Shown here: positions 45,233 to 62,364 of the stretch, piece by piece
How positions within the stretch are numbered: position 1 is the first letter of the stretch
How the letters are laid out: every line of letters begins with the position of its first letter
From: the human T2T-CHM13v2.0 reference genome, Homo sapiens
Assembly (NCBI RefSeq): GCF_009914755.1
Contig: NC_060933.1
Strand: one strand, 5' to 3'
Length of the DNA: 64,000 nucleotides
Translations under genes and position numbers: made by a program
The notes under the pieces: generated by a model
Told to the model about the DNA's origin: nothing
The model's database searches: none
Seen by the model: the letters and a program-made list of their open reading frames with translations, nothing else

Positions 45233-45311
45233 TCAGTTTTTCCTTGAATTTAAGGTATACTTGTTTTCCATCACTAAAAGTTTTTCTGAACAATATTATT
45301 CTAAAAATACT

Positions 45312-45646
<335 letters not shown>

Positions 45647-45979
45647 CTATTTTTTAAAATATCTGTGATTTTAAAATATTTTTTACTAGCCCCTACAAAT
45701 AAAAAGTTACATATCTTACAGCACTGTTATACTGAATGATAGGTCACTTTGGGGTACAGATCTGTAATCACCACCATCCTCCAGAATGTGGAATTTTAAT
45801 TTGAGAGGTATGTTTTTGGCCAATGAACCAAAGCAATTCCTTAATTTGGTGAAAGTTCTATTACATAATCTTTAATAGTGATTTAGTACCTATAAGACTT
45901 TTATCAAGTGTATATCTAATGTTATAAAACAATGTCATAGAACAGTACCATCTCTCTCAGCTAATTTTTGCTTGTACAG

Positions 45980-46168
45980 GTTGCAAACTGGGAGAAGCTT
46001 CTGATTTCATTGTCCGTCAAGGGACACTAATCCAGGTGCCATCATCTGCAGGGGAAGTTGGTTGTTATAAAATCTGTTCATGTGGACAAAGTGGACTCTT
46101 AGAAAACTGTATGGAAATGCACTGTATAGACCTCCAGAAGTCTTGTATTGTTGGAGGAAAAAGAAAAA
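45980..46168 (+). CDS. RECK: RECK exon 14 (189 nt; CKLGEASDF...GGKRK)
   Basis: gtacag|GT, AAA|gtgagt. Confidence 0.96.
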
Positions 46169-46364
46169 GTGAGTCTTAAGCTCTGATTTTGTTTTTAATA
46201 TGAGATTAGTTATTTTTACTTTGTAGGAAGAATACTGGATAGATTCTGACCACAGAGTAAGGTCTGCATATCAGATACTCCAGGGCAGTATTTTTCAAAC
46301 TATACAGAGCACTAGGACTTCTAAGGAAGTCTTTAGAAGTCCCCTCAATAAGGGGCTAATGGCT

Positions 46365-46590
46365 AATAATAATTAATATTTATTGAATTCTAATCATGTG
46401 CTAAACACAAAGCTAAGTCTTGCCTTACATTATCTCATTAAATCCTCCAAGTTACACTTTGATATAGGTAATAATAATACCTGTATTACCCTTACTGCAT
46501 AGATGAGGAAGCTGATGCTTAAAGAGTTCACCCAGCTAGTAAATGACCAAAGCTGGATTCTGCTCCAGGTCTAGTTGACTCCAAATCCCT
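46365..46590 (-). mobile_element. MIR
   Basis: ATTATCTCATTAAATCCTC ... AGATGAGGAAGCTGA core. Confidence 0.75.
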
Positions 46591-47549
46591 TACGCTTCAC
46601 AGGCCAAGGACACAGGTAATCTTCCCCCGACCCTTTCTTCAGGCATACCCCACCCCACCCTCACTTCACCAGAAGTGAAACTCAGATTTTGACATCATGG
46701 AAAGCAAGTGGGTGTAGGAACTACACTGTTAGGAGTTTGGAAAAAAAGTACATTAAAAAGTACTTTGACCACCTTCCCTAAAAATCTTAGACTCCACTGC
46801 TTCCTTAACCATCTTTTGCTTGTAGCCCCAACAACTATTCATGTCAATATATGATTTCAAACAATTGTGAAAAAACACCACTTTTTAGGATCTGTTCCCT
46901 CCCCACAAGCTCACTCTGCTACCCCATTTCTACTCCCATCCCCTACCCCTTCAACCATAGTAGTTCAGCTTTTATATGCTTTTTGGTTTACTCTTCTGTG
47001 TGAGATTTGATTAGAAAGAAGAGTGCTCTTGGCTAAAATTAGCTCTCAAATTTCTGCCTTAGAGCAAGTCAGGTATTTATCTCTCAATCCATATTCTGCT
47101 TGACTAAACTATGAAGGTAGGTACTTTGTATCACAGAAAATATCAGGACAGATTCATTCCTTCTGTAACATTTCACTGACTAAATGCCTATTCTGTACAA
47201 AAGAGCATACTAGTGCCTTATGGAGCTGAAACCGGGACGGGGGATGAGATCATGCTTTATGTGTTAAGATAAGAGAATTTGAGCCAAAAAAAGTTGCAGA
47301 CCAAGTGCTCTTCTGGGAGCTGGGCATTCCTGCCAGGGCATCAGAAGAGTCTTTGATCCAAAGATGGCATCAGGTCTGGCCCTGGACAGATGAGCTTTCA
47401 AAGCAGAAGGGGCAGCCAGAAACATTCTTAGAGGATAGGGAGCACCCTGGTAAGACCAGCACTTCAGGGGCTTGGAGGAATACGATAGGAGGCAAATATG
47501 AAAATATAAATCCCACAGATTTTACTCTAGTTGGTATATTCAGAAGTCA

Positions 47550-47909
<360 letters not shown>

Positions 47910-47960
47910 CTATTTCTCAATGCATGATATAGATCAACATTTTCTTTCTGTTTCTGTCAG

Positions 47961-48083
47961 GTCATGGAACATCCTTTAGTATTGACTGCAATGTCTGTTC
48001 TTGTTTTGCTGGCAATTTGGTGTGCTCTACCCGCCTTTGCCTCAGTGAGCACAGTTCAGAAGATGACCGTCGTACCTTCACAG
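47961..48083 (+). CDS. RECK: RECK exon 15 (123 nt; HGTSFSIDCNVCSC...RRTFT)
   Basis: ctgtcag|GT, CAG|gtgact. Confidence 0.96.
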
Positions 48084-49399
48084 GTGACTGTGATCGCCCA
48101 GAGTCTGTCCTCAGGGGCCATCATTTCTTTGCACACATTTTTCCCTTCAAGGCAGCTTCTCCAGTCTTAACTGCAAATGTACACAATAAAATCAATACAG
48201 AATCTAAGGGCAAGATGCTTTTCCTCCCTGGATCTCAGTTTCTTCCTCTATGAATTGAAGGTATTATACTAAATGGTGTCTTAGGGCCCTTAGCACTAAT
48301 ATTCTGGAATTTCATGAGTCAAAAAGAACAGAGCCAGTGATTGGAATGGGTTTAATTAAATTGAACTTTTCTACCTGGTAGAATACCCCATTTACCCCTA
48401 CTGCTATGATCTAAAATGTCCATGCATGTTCTCAGTTTGTTTCTCAGCACCTTCTTCCTCAGCCTACCTTAGCTTACTTCTTCATCTAGACTCCCACAAA
48501 CAATAATATCCCAGAATATTACTTTCTTGACTTTCCTATGCTTTGCTGCTCTTATTATTCTTACACCAACATAAATAAGTGAAAAGGCTAGTGAGATGGG
48601 ATGCTTTCCTCTCGTGAAGCTATTATTGCCAATAGCAACAGCACAGTCTGCTGGTATATCTTGGTATCTGCTTTTTCCTAGATCTAAAATACCTTTGGTT
48701 GTGGGTAAAAAGTTACTAGGTAGCTGCCCTTGCCCCCATTTCACACTGCTGCAGTGGCAACTTGATTCTTCTTTCCCCAGAATTAGTATTACATGTGGAG
48801 AGGGGTGGGGGCCGGGTGGAGGAGAAGTGGAGGAGAGGAGAGTAAGGATTTACCAACCTTGTACCTCCAGCCCATTGGAAATAAAAAGGGGATCAGAAAT
48901 AAGAAGTGAATGGCACACTGGTAAGGAAGTAGAGGTAGGACGAACACTACCCCAGCCTTCACTGCTTTATTATCATCATCCTTTATTATTATCCTTTGCC
49001 CTGCTCAAGCAAGGACTATTCATTCTGCTTAGAGAAACCATAGAGGGATATGGGGATAAAGAATAAGCAAAGGATTTACAAGGAAGACTTTTTAAAATTT
49101 TTTTGTTAATGTCTAAATGTTTTTAGAAGTTGAGCTTTACAACTAGCAAGACCCCTGTTTCCTATAGTGTGTGGCCCCTGGTGTCCTGGGATAAATTAAG
49201 TCAATGACTGTTGATCTAGCAGACTAAGGAAATTTTACTGACCCAAAACTGTGCCACATTTCTTGGGACCCAGTGTCCCACTCCAAATGTGACTCAGAGA
49301 AAGAAGTTCATAACAATTTGTAAGTCTCAAAATTACAGTAATTTTCTAAGTTACTGTCTTAGACATGAGAGTGGAAGGAACCTACAACCTTCACTCTTT

Positions 49400-49698
49400 C
49401 TTTTTGTTTTTTCTGAGAAGGAGCTTTGCTTTTGTTGCCCAGGCTGGAGTGCAATGGCGTGATCTCGGCTCACCACAAACTCCGCCTCCTGGGATCAAGC
49501 AATTCTCCTGCCTCAGCCTCCCAAGTAGCTAGGAACGACAGGCATGCGCCACCATGCCATTCTAATTTTGTATTTTTAGTAGAGATGGGGTTTCTCCATG
49601 TTGGTCAGGCTGGTCTCGAACTCCCGACCTCAGGTGATCCGCCCACCTCAGCCTCTCAAAGTGCTGGGATGACAGGCGTGAGCCACTGTGCCCAGCCC
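49400..49698 (-). mobile_element. AluSp-like
   Basis: TSD CACTCTTTCTT. Confidence 0.93.
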
Positions 49699-49927
49699 AC
49701 TCTTTCTTATGCTTGGTATTAGCCTTTAACATTCAAGAAATCCCCACACCAGACTTCAAACATCTAAATTCTAGATTTTATATGCCAAATCAGGAGAAAC
49801 AGTCTTTACTTTCCCTACCTATAGCCTTGTTAATAGGGGTCTCTACCTGGGATCAAAGTCTAGGGGGCCCTCAACTAGTTGGCAATAAAAAGGACAAAGG
49901 AAAGCCATCTTGCAGATGAGCTATTCA

Positions 49928-50188
<261 letters not shown>

Positions 50189-50308
50189 TTACAATTCTAT
50201 TTTAACGTGAGACCTTCACATGATTGCTCATGGTTTGCCTTAACAAGGAAATATAAGGGGAGGGGGAATATACACATACATATTTTTGAGGCTGTTTCCT
50301 CTCCTCAG

Positions 50309-50480
50309 GTCTGCCCTGTAACTGTGCAGATCAGTTTGTCCCTGTATGTGGGCAGAATGGGCGCACTTACCCCAGTGCCTGCATTGCTCGCTGTGTGGGC
50401 CTCCAAGACCATCAGTTTGAGTTTGGATCATGCATGTCAAAGGATCCATGTAATCCTAATCCCTGCCAAAAAAACCAAAG
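50309..50480 (+). CDS. RECK: RECK exon 16 (172 nt; Kazal motif 1, CNCADQFVPVCGQNGRTYPSAC)
   Basis: ctcctcag|GT, AAG|gtaagt; Kazal signature PVCGxxGxTYxxxC. Confidence 0.97.
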
Positions 50481-51539
50481 GTAAGTCAAATGGCTTCTTA
50501 TTTTATTCAACTGAAGACTAGTACTTACAAAGCATCTACCATATACCAGACAGTGAAAACAGAAAGGTAAATTAAGAAATCGCTGCTGCCCTGAAGAGTT
50601 TGGAGTCTGGAGGGAAAGAGAGCCATGTAAAGCTGCTTGATAAGGTGCTGCGATTGGGAGCCCAGAAGTAGGGCAGTTAATGCAGCCTGGGGAAGGCCCT
50701 GGGGGAGCCTCTAGAGATTGTGATACCTAGCTGAATCTAGAAAGATGAGTAAGAGATTGCAGGCAAGGTTTGCAGTAGAGAAAAAGAAGTGGTAGTGAAG
50801 GCAGACTAACAAGAGTCATGGCTGCTGGAAATGTTATCTCCGTAACATTGTTATCTCCATAACATGGTGTCTGTTGGGCACTAAAGCAGTTCTGTAAGAC
50901 TGAAACAGAAAAGGTAACATAAGGAGAGGTAGCAGAAGAGACAAGAGAAAAGGGTGTATTCTTATTAGTAGCTGTCACCTGATAGTCAGGGGAAATTTTC
51001 TTCTAGTTATATGCAACTGTTTTAGAAATTGGACATGAGAAATCTCTGGAAATGCAACTTCACTACTATTTGAAATTACTTGTTTTGAGCTCCTTTCTCT
51101 GCTGTTTCCTCACTTGAGCTCAGAAGACAGTTGCCCCAGCCTTAATGATGGATTTCTGTATGGGGCAGCCACCACGGCAGGCATCTTGCTGACCCTTAGG
51201 TTACAGCCTTCTGGAAGCAGAGTGTTTATTGGATTGCCTGAATGACCTGAACAATACACATTCCAATGCCACAGTGCTTTCCTAAGCAATTGCTGCTTCT
51301 CCATCCTGAAAACCCTGGTGTAATATGGAGGGAGGGGGAGACTCTCTCATGTGTTAAAATAAATGGCAAAGAATTAGTCATCCATCTGCCAAATTTTATA
51401 CAATGAAACTAATCCAAGAAAGTTTCTATGGAAAGAAGACAGGACGCAATGCATAAGAAATAAGCTGAAAGAATAATACAGGTTGTGTTGGGAGGTAGAA
51501 TTGAGGATTGTCTTAATATTTTTTCATTTGTTTTATCCA

Positions 51540-53030
<1,491 letters not shown>

Positions 53031-53036
53031 AATTGT

Positions 53037-53348
<312 letters not shown>

Positions 53349-53859
53349 TTAAGAATTGTATTCATCCATCAAGTATCTACTGATGTTCCAGGCATTTTTC
53401 TAAACATTAGGACATAACAACAAACAAGACAGATCAAGTCTCTGCCCTGCTCACGTTTACTTTTATTTGCCCCCAGATTCTCAACCTTTTTTTTATGATC
53501 CTCTTATTTCCATATACTCAAATTGATCAAGCTTTTTCTCTCAAAGTTACCAAATTTCTCCTGATATTCCTGTTTCTCATCCCTGGCATGTTAGTAAGTA
53601 ATGAAGTTCTAAATATTATTTTCCATTATTTCTCTTCAAATATTTTAAATTTCCATAAAACCATAACTAAGTGCATTGTAATTTCAAACCATTTCATGCA
53701 TAGTGACGGTGGTAGTGATTTTGGTGCAGGTTAGCCCTAAAAAGAGTATAAATCATTTCCTTTGAAATTAAAATAACACTAGCTACTATATGCTTCCTCT
53801 TTTATTTTATAAACTAAAATTTATATACCTTAGTACTTAAAATACCCAGTGAAAGCTAA

Positions 53860-54430
<571 letters not shown>

Positions 54431-54988
54431 GAGGCCTTTTCTTAAGGTAGACTCATATTAGCCAAGCTGAAAGTTAAGCCCGTGGAAGTGTTTCATTTGT
54501 TACTGAATGCAAGGGCCTCCAGCCTCAGGCTCCAGCCTATCTCTTGGCCTCATATCATGGCCCTTCTGCTATAGGTCTGTCTGTGCCTGCTTGGCTCCTG
54601 CCCTCTGGATCACCTGCCATTTCCCCAGCACCACATTCCTTGAGCATCACACCTGTGTTCATGGCTGCTCTCTCAGCCTGGCAAGCCCATGCTGCCCCCT
54701 TTGCCCCCCCAGCCTCCAGCTAGAACACTGCCTCCTCCCCATGCTTTCTTCAGGCTCCCCAGACGAGAATGACTCATCCCCGCAAGCTTTGTGCACATCT
54801 TTTCTACTTTTTAGCCTACTGTATATACAGGCTTGACTCTCCCACTCTACATAAGCTCTTTGGAGACAGGACTGTCCTGATTCATCTCTTGCTCTCTCTT
54901 CAGCCTCCTATCCCTCATCTAGTGCTTTGCTAGCCCCACCACAGTCCCTCCCTACATTGGCTCATGGTGCTGCATTCGTCTTTTTCAG

Positions 54989-55181
54989 GTGCATACCCAA
55001 ACCACAGGTCTGCCTGACGACTTTTGATAAATTTGGATGTAGCCAGTATGAGTGTGTACCAAGACAGCTCGCGTGTGACCAGGTCCAAGATCCTGTTTGT
55101 GACACAGACCACATGGAGCACAACAATCTCTGCACTTTATACCAAAGAGGAAAAAGCCTCTCTTACAAAGGTCCCTGCCAG
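54989..55181 (+). CDS. RECK: RECK exon 17 (193 nt; Kazal-like motif 2)
   Basis: ttttcag|G, CAG|gtacag; CIPKPQVC...DPVCDTDHMEHNNLC...GPCQ. Confidence 0.97.
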
Positions 55182-55704
55182 GTACAGTGCTTTGGCTGAC
55201 AAAACAAAGTACACTACGGATAAAATTGGTTTATGATATTTTACAGATGAATCAACAGTAAGACCAGCCGAGGGTCTTCTGTGAATCCTGTCAAATCTAT
55301 AGCACCCAGTCCTCCACTAAAAAGGAAGACTGGCTCCTTCTCCTAACTCTGGAAGCTATCTTGCTAGTGTGTGTACCTTTGCACATCTGGTGTACAAGCA
55401 AGAACAGAGAGTGGCTTCTTGCAGTCCACTCCTAGGAAAAGAACTTAAAAGTTTCACAACCCTGGCATGGTCAACATCATTCTTACTTCTCATAGTTCTC
55501 TGGGCCCTCACTAAGAAACAAAGCAGGAAGAATGTGAGTCAAAACCAAGAAAAGTTTTCCCACTCTTCCCACATCAGTCCCACCTCCCAAGGTACTGAAA
55601 AGTCATTGAAATTTTCTTTAAGACTTAATGTCTTTTTACATCAGCTTATCTCTCAGTTTTGTAGGTTTATGGAATCTGCATTTATGTTTTAAGGAAAAAA
55701 ACTG

Positions 55705-56024
<320 letters not shown>

Positions 56025-56760
56025 TCACATGCACCACTGATTTTATGCTTGCCCCTCTCCCTGGGGCCGTGCTTTGGGCCTAGCATCCGCTGCCCACAAC
56101 CAGCTAACACTTAAAATGATTGCTTCACATTCTCTGGTCTTCATGGTTAGAAAAATTCCATCATGATGTCTCCCTGAAACATGCTTGTTTTCTCTCAGAG
56201 CCCCTGTGCCATTTGCATTGATCCCATCTACCCTGAATTCTGTCTTCCCCTACTTGTTCCCTTCTCCTGGCTGTGATTTTTCTCTGATCTATTCCTGACC
56301 TACCTGTTGGCTCCAGAGTCTGTCTACCCCACTGCTCCCCCAACTCCTCCCTCTCCTTATCCCATACCCAGCATGAAATGATAAGACCTCTGCATTTGCA
56401 TGAAGATTGATCTGGTCATCTTAAAGAGGCGCTTCTGGGATACTAACAGAAGTCTGAGCAGAGCAGAGAGAGGTAGCAGGAAAGAAGATTTTTATCTCTT
56501 ATCAGTTCACATGGAATAAGCACCCAGATCCCAGAGAGGCTGAGAAAAGTAATCTTTCAGCTCATCTGGAGACACCCATATTGCTGCCCACGCCACCACC
56601 ACCCCCAGCATTTAGCCCACCTCAGGAACTTAAGAGGTCCTCATAATTTATACCTGTGTCTTTTTTCCTTCCTGAAAATAGGGAGGCATGCTGTGTACTC
56701 TTGGTTGGGAAAGGTACAACATAGACATTTCCAGGCTAAATGTGATTTGTTTGCCCTCAG

Positions 56761-56971
56761 CCCTTTTGCAGAGCAACCGAGCCCGTATGTGGGCACAATG
56801 GTGAGACCTACAGCAGTGTGTGTGCTGCCTACTCGGATCGCGTGGCAGTCGATTACTATGGGGACTGCCAGGCCGTCGGAGTCCTCTCAGAGCACAGCTC
56901 CGTCGCCGAGTGTGCTTCTGTCAAGTGTCCTTCGCTCTTGGCAGCTGGATGCAAACCCATCATCCCACCGG
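56761..56971 (+). CDS. RECK: RECK exon 18 (211 nt; Kazal-like motif 3, EPVCGHNGETYSSVC)
   Basis: ccctcag|CCC, CCGG|gtaggc. Confidence 0.97.
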
Positions 56972-57956
56972 GTAGGCTGGCAGTATCGGGGTGGACAGGG
57001 GAGGACTGAGAAGATTTGCTTATCCACCTCCAGAGAGTGAGTCATTGAGAAGAGAGCTCATTTACGTTTTTCAGAAAGTCTTGAAGAGATTCTTATGCTG
57101 ATCATACTCACTACTTTGGGTTGACCTTAAAAAACTAGGGCTTGCCTTCGATATCATCTGGTGTCCTGCTATTTTAAAACAATACAGCAGCCTTTTCTCA
57201 AGCTAAATCTTACACCAGACACCAATATATAAACAGATAAAGCAGTATTCAATTATGAAAATTAGGGTTATTAAATGCATAATGTTTACTTATTACGAAG
57301 TTAACAAATAACGAATTACTAATTAATGAATAATTAAAGTAGTTTTGATGAACACAAACTTTTGAAATTGAGAGAAATAGAAGATAGTTGTTGTCTTAGA
57401 TTGGCCTTAACATCTAATTTAATTGTTTTAGTTGCATATAATCAGAAAAGTTTTGTTTCATACAGACTGTTTTTAGCAATAACAGTTTTTTAAAACAGCT
57501 TACCTTACAATCTCACACTCTTAGTCAAACAGAAGTAGCAGAAGAGACTTTATTCCAAGTCTGCACAGAACAGGTTAATCTGGATCTAACAGGTTCATTC
57601 CTCCATCCGTTAATTCATCAAATGTTTATTTAGCTTTCACTATGTGCCAGACGCTCCTCTAAGCACTGGGGACACAGCAGTGAGAAAAACAAAGCCCTTT
57701 TCCTTCTGGAGACCATGTTCTGAGGGAGGTGACAGACCAAACATAAGTTGCCATGCAAATCTGCACTAAACCAGATGGCAGCAAGTACGATGACACGAAA
57801 TGAAGGGGAATCGGAGGGGCCCAGGGCAGAGAGGCTGCTAATGGATTGGTTAAATCTCTGTCGTGTGAAAATACGGCATAATATTATATTTGATTATGCC
57901 ATATTCTGTTATGGGTTTTAGCAGTTTAAAATAATTTTTAAAATTAAATTTGAATC

Positions 57957-58271
<315 letters not shown>

Positions 58272-58666
58272 TCATGGAACCCCTGAAACACCAACTCCCT
58301 TATTTTGCAGACAGGGAAACAAGGCCTGGCAGAAGCATTTGCCCAGAATCACACAGTGAGTTTTGAGGCAGAGCAGGATCAGGCCCCAGGTCTCTTGAAA
58401 AGCCAGCTGTCTCTATGCTATCTGCACCACAGCCTTCTCACTCCAAGGAGTGGTGAAGGATGAAAAGCAGGGGTAGAGAAAGGATTTTGGTAAATGTAGA
58501 GATGAGAGGACTCCAGGTTGGTCAAGGAGCTTATATGAAGGTACAGTCTTTGGGAAGGACACTGTAACTCTCCTGCCCAAAATGAAGGGCTGGACATTTC
58601 ACTAAGGATTTTAAATTCTCTTTGTTTCTAATTCTGAACGCACATAAAATGGTTTCTGTTATACAG

Positions 58667-58740
58667 GTGCTTGTTGCCCATTATGTGCTGGGATGTTAAG
58701 AGTTTTATTTGACAAAGAAAAACTGGATACTATTGCTAAG
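58667..58740 (+). CDS. RECK: RECK exon 19 (74 nt; ACCPLCAGMLRVLFDKEKLDTIAK)
   Basis: atacag|GT, AAG|gtaaat. Confidence 0.96.
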
Positions 58741-59536
58741 GTAAATTGCTTTATATTCAGATGCTATTGAAATCTTATTGCTAAGCCTCTCAGTAATCCT
58801 AGAGAGTAGAATGTGTTGTCCTCATTCATAGATAAAGAAACTAATCTTCAGAAAAGCAACTTTCCCAGGGCCATATAGCCCTTAATCAGTAGGACGAGGG
58901 TTTGCACCCAGGCTGGCTGACTCCCAAGCCCATGTTCCTCCCCCCTACACCCTGGCTGTGCACATCACAGTCAGCGTGAGCCTTTCTTAGAAAAGGCCCC
59001 TGCTGGCACAGTAAGCATAGGTGGGGCTGCAGGCAGAGCCAGGTAGCCAGAGACTGGTGGGTGCCCAGGTGCTTTTGAGGTCGCCTCCCCTCACACCAGT
59101 CCCCGTGCCTCCTGAGGGGATCTTCTGGAGCCCTGCCCGTTCCCTGCATAGTTCTGCCCTCTCTCTTTTCTGCACCATCACAGGGCTCCAGAAATGTTGC
59201 ACCCAACACTTGCCACAACCTAGAGATTTAGCCCCATTTTGATTACAAACACCTGTATTTTTAAAAACCCTGTGACCTCTACCTCAGAACAGTCACTTTT
59301 TGCAAAAGTGGTTCTGGTGAAAGTATGTATCTTCACTACAGAGTTTCTCAGTCAGGCAAAACCCCATTGTGATGGACTGGAGATTCAGAATTTGGCCTAG
59401 CAAAGCTGCGGTTGGGCCTTCCGCTGAGGGCTGTGCGGTCAAAAGAGCCTCCTCAGCTGGCAGCCCAAAGCAAGGGAGCTTAGGCAGTCATAGGAATTCT
59501 TCTTTTTTTCAGGTAATACATGTTTTCTCTTTCCAG

Positions 59537-59692
59537 GTAACAAATAAAAAGCCAATAACAGTTCTGGAAATACTTCAGAAAATCCGCATGCACGTGTCTG
59601 TCCCACAGTGTGATGTGTTTGGATACTTCAGCATTGAATCAGAAATTGTGATCCTGATCATTCCCGTCGATCACTATCCAAAAGCTCTGCAG
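59537..59692 (+). CDS. RECK: RECK exon 20 (156 nt; VTNKKPITVLE...YPKALQ)
   Basis: ttccag|GTA, CAG|gtgagt. Confidence 0.95.
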
Positions 59693-60428
59693 GTGAGTTC
59701 AGCACATGTTGTGAAGCCATCTTGTCACTTTCAAGTTTGGTGCACCTAGGAGGGAGTGGGCACAAACTAGGACCGAGGAAGGATCCGTGGGTGAGGGAGT
59801 GGAGGCATTTGGGAAGTTCAGCGGGACAGGAGGGAGAAAAGCAAGGCAATCTCTAAAGGACTGAGCACTTTGCCAGTGGCTGAGACCTGGTGCACATTTG
59901 ACAGTGGGATGCAGAGGCACCAGGGCAGGGGAGGGATTAAGATACTGTGACTGGGAGTGTGCACAGCTGGAAGGGGTCCGAGAAATCACTGTCTCTAATC
60001 CACCCATTGTACAGACGAGGCAGCTGATGCCCAAGCCGGGGAAGGAACTGGTGCAGGTCATGCAGTGATAAAGCCAGAAAAGACTCCAGTCTCCTGAGAG
60101 CTGTGTGCCCACTGTGGAGGAAGATCCCATCAGAGCTGGTCATGTGGGCTCTAGTGTTTCTTTGTCAGTCTGGAGACATGTAGAACCCCACTCACGTAGA
60201 CCCAAGTTTCAACATCAAAGGCAGTGAGGGCTCAAGGGAAGGGAACGAAGGCAAGCAGTCTGTGAATCACTAGGAAGTTCATCTCGTCGTTGTTTTCCTT
60301 TTCATGTTTCAATGGACATTAAAATTGTATTCTGTGTGACCCTAACTAACCATGTAAGGATAAAGTCTAAATGTGGGTAAGAGGTGTGGGTAACAGGTGT
60401 GGAAAAATGAAAACAGTTGATTGATTAG

Positions 60429-60626
<198 letters not shown>

Positions 60627-60827
60627 TGATTTCCATTAATGCTGCTATATTTATGTAATAAACTAAAACTATAATAAAATGTTACTTTGGATAAGAACAG
60701 AAGGACAAAGAGAAAGTAAATGCCCTCTGAGGCCACGCTACTTTTAGGATATACGTGGAATTTGTCTGGCTTGATGTTGAAAACGTTCTGTGGTTTTATA
60801 TTAAGGGAACCTTGTTTCTCCTCACAG

Positions 60828-61049
60828 ATTGAAGCCTGCAATAAAGAAGCAGAGAAGATTGAGTCCCTTATCAACTCTGACAGCCCGACTTTGGCGTCCC
60901 ATGTCCCTCTCTCTGCCCTCATCATTTCCCAGGTACAGGTCTCCAGCAGTGTGCCATCGGCCGGTGTCAGGGCCAGGCCTTCTTGCCACTCCCTCCTCCT
61001 TCCCCTCAGCTTGGGCCTTGCCTTGCACTTGCTCTGGACATATAACTGA
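60828..61049 (+). CDS. RECK: RECK exon 21 coding part (IEACNKEAE...LLLPLSLGLALHLLWTYN*), C-terminal GPI-anchor signal
   Basis: ctcacag|ATT; small-residue stretch then hydrophobic tail; TGA at 61047-61049. Confidence 0.97.
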   Translation: MEACNKEAEKIESLINSDSPTLASHVPLSALIISQVQVSSSVPSAGVRARPSCHSLLLPLSLGLALHLLWTYN

Positions 61050-61859
61050 CTGCCCACGGAAAGTGCAGAATGCTCCTCCACCTCACTCTCCTGCCTTGAA
61101 AAAGACATTCAGGACTGCTGGTTTGTAGTTGAATATTGGCCAAGGAAAGGCACATGTCACCTCTATTCGCCACACAGTATTTTTTTTTTTAATCCGCCAA
61201 TATTAGTAGGATTTTTGTTTTGTTTTTACAAATGTTAAAATGTGTTGTTCCAAATACTAATGAAAACAGAATGTCTCTTCCTGGTAGACCACTGCCATAT
61301 GATTTACATTTCCTCACCATAAGGGTCCCCCACTCTAAAGCAAATTTATCGCTGGGAAATGAGATGACCACTTTTTAGAAAGATAATTCACTGTACTATC
61401 AGGTTCACAAACTTCATTTCAGAGTTCTTTTTGAAGTATTTAAGGTTCCCGTTGCATTTGTTTTGTTTACAGATAATTACCTACTCTGGCTAGAAGCTAG
61501 GGGTCCCAGTGAAGAGCCACTGCCATTAAAGAATATGAAACATAGATAAAACATCTTTGAAATTATGTAAATTATGTAAATTATCAGGCAAATTTGCATT
61601 AAATTACAGAAATTTAATTCAGAACCCCAACTACTGTGTTATGCAAAAGCAAGCTGATTAAATGACACTCATATAATTATATGTTGTAAGCAACAGGCTC
61701 ACTGGTCACGGATTTGTGTCTGTGACTTTTGTGAAAGGGAGAAGTGACATTGCATCAAAGCATCTTGCATTATGCAATTTTTATATTAACCAGATATATA
61801 TTCATCGGTATTCATCCAAGTTAAATGTAGAGTTTTTAAACATCAATCTTTAAACCAAT

Positions 61860-61884
61860 TGCTGCTACTTATATAATTGCCAAA
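61860..61884 (+). promoter_or_regulatory. Adjacent miR-15/16 8mer (TGCTGCTA 61860-61867) and miR-182 8mer (TTGCCAAA 61877-61884)
   Basis: Exact seed matches in the 3' UTR. Confidence 0.7.
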
Positions 61885-62186
61885 AAGTGAAATAATGTGT
61901 AGTTCATGTAAATAATACATTATATTTCTATTTTATTATGAAGAAGGTGAATAGCCATATTTGTAAAATGACAATCATGTGTGTTAACCCAGTGCTTTCC
62001 ATTCGTGAAAACACATTTGCTTTTTGTGATATGCACAATGTAGATAAGTGTTCTGTCTGACTTTCTTTTTTGATATAGAAGTATAAAGAATTGTGGTTTA
62101 TATATTTAAAAGTGTCAAGCTGAGTATTAAAATGTATGCATGTTGTCTAAGAAATTGAATACTTTGAATGTGTTTCACAGTTTGAA

Positions 62187-62194
62187 ATAAGCTA
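62187..62194 (+). promoter_or_regulatory. miR-21 8mer site (ATAAGCTA)
   Basis: Exact seed complement; RECK is an established miR-21 target. Confidence 0.85.
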
Positions 62195-62255
62195 TTTGAT
62201 GTAATACTTCTTGTGTGTATGCACATGAACTTAGATTTTACATGAAGTATTTTTT

Positions 62256-62263
62256 CAGTATTA
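62256..62263 (+). promoter_or_regulatory. miR-200b/c/429 8mer (CAGTATTA); a further 7mer CAGTATT at 61175-61181
   Basis: Exact seed matches. Confidence 0.65.
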
Positions 62264-62356
62264 TATGTACCCTCTGAAATACATAGGGATATGCGTATTA
62301 TACCAAAATGTTGCTGAAAAATGGGCACTTAAAGCTTTCAGAATATGTCAGTGCTG

Positions 62357-62364
62357 ATGTAGCA
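62357..62364 (+). promoter_or_regulatory. miR-221/222 8mer (ATGTAGCA)
   Basis: Exact seed match. Confidence 0.65.

Noticed and set aside
48596-49066. 156-aa intronic ORF and G-rich stretch near 48802-48840
   Set aside because: No homology recognised and no evident splice context; only three G3+ tracts, so not a canonical G-quadruplex
59543-59548. AATAAA inside exon 20
   Set aside because: Encodes Asn-Lys within the coding frame; no evidence it is used as a poly(A) signal
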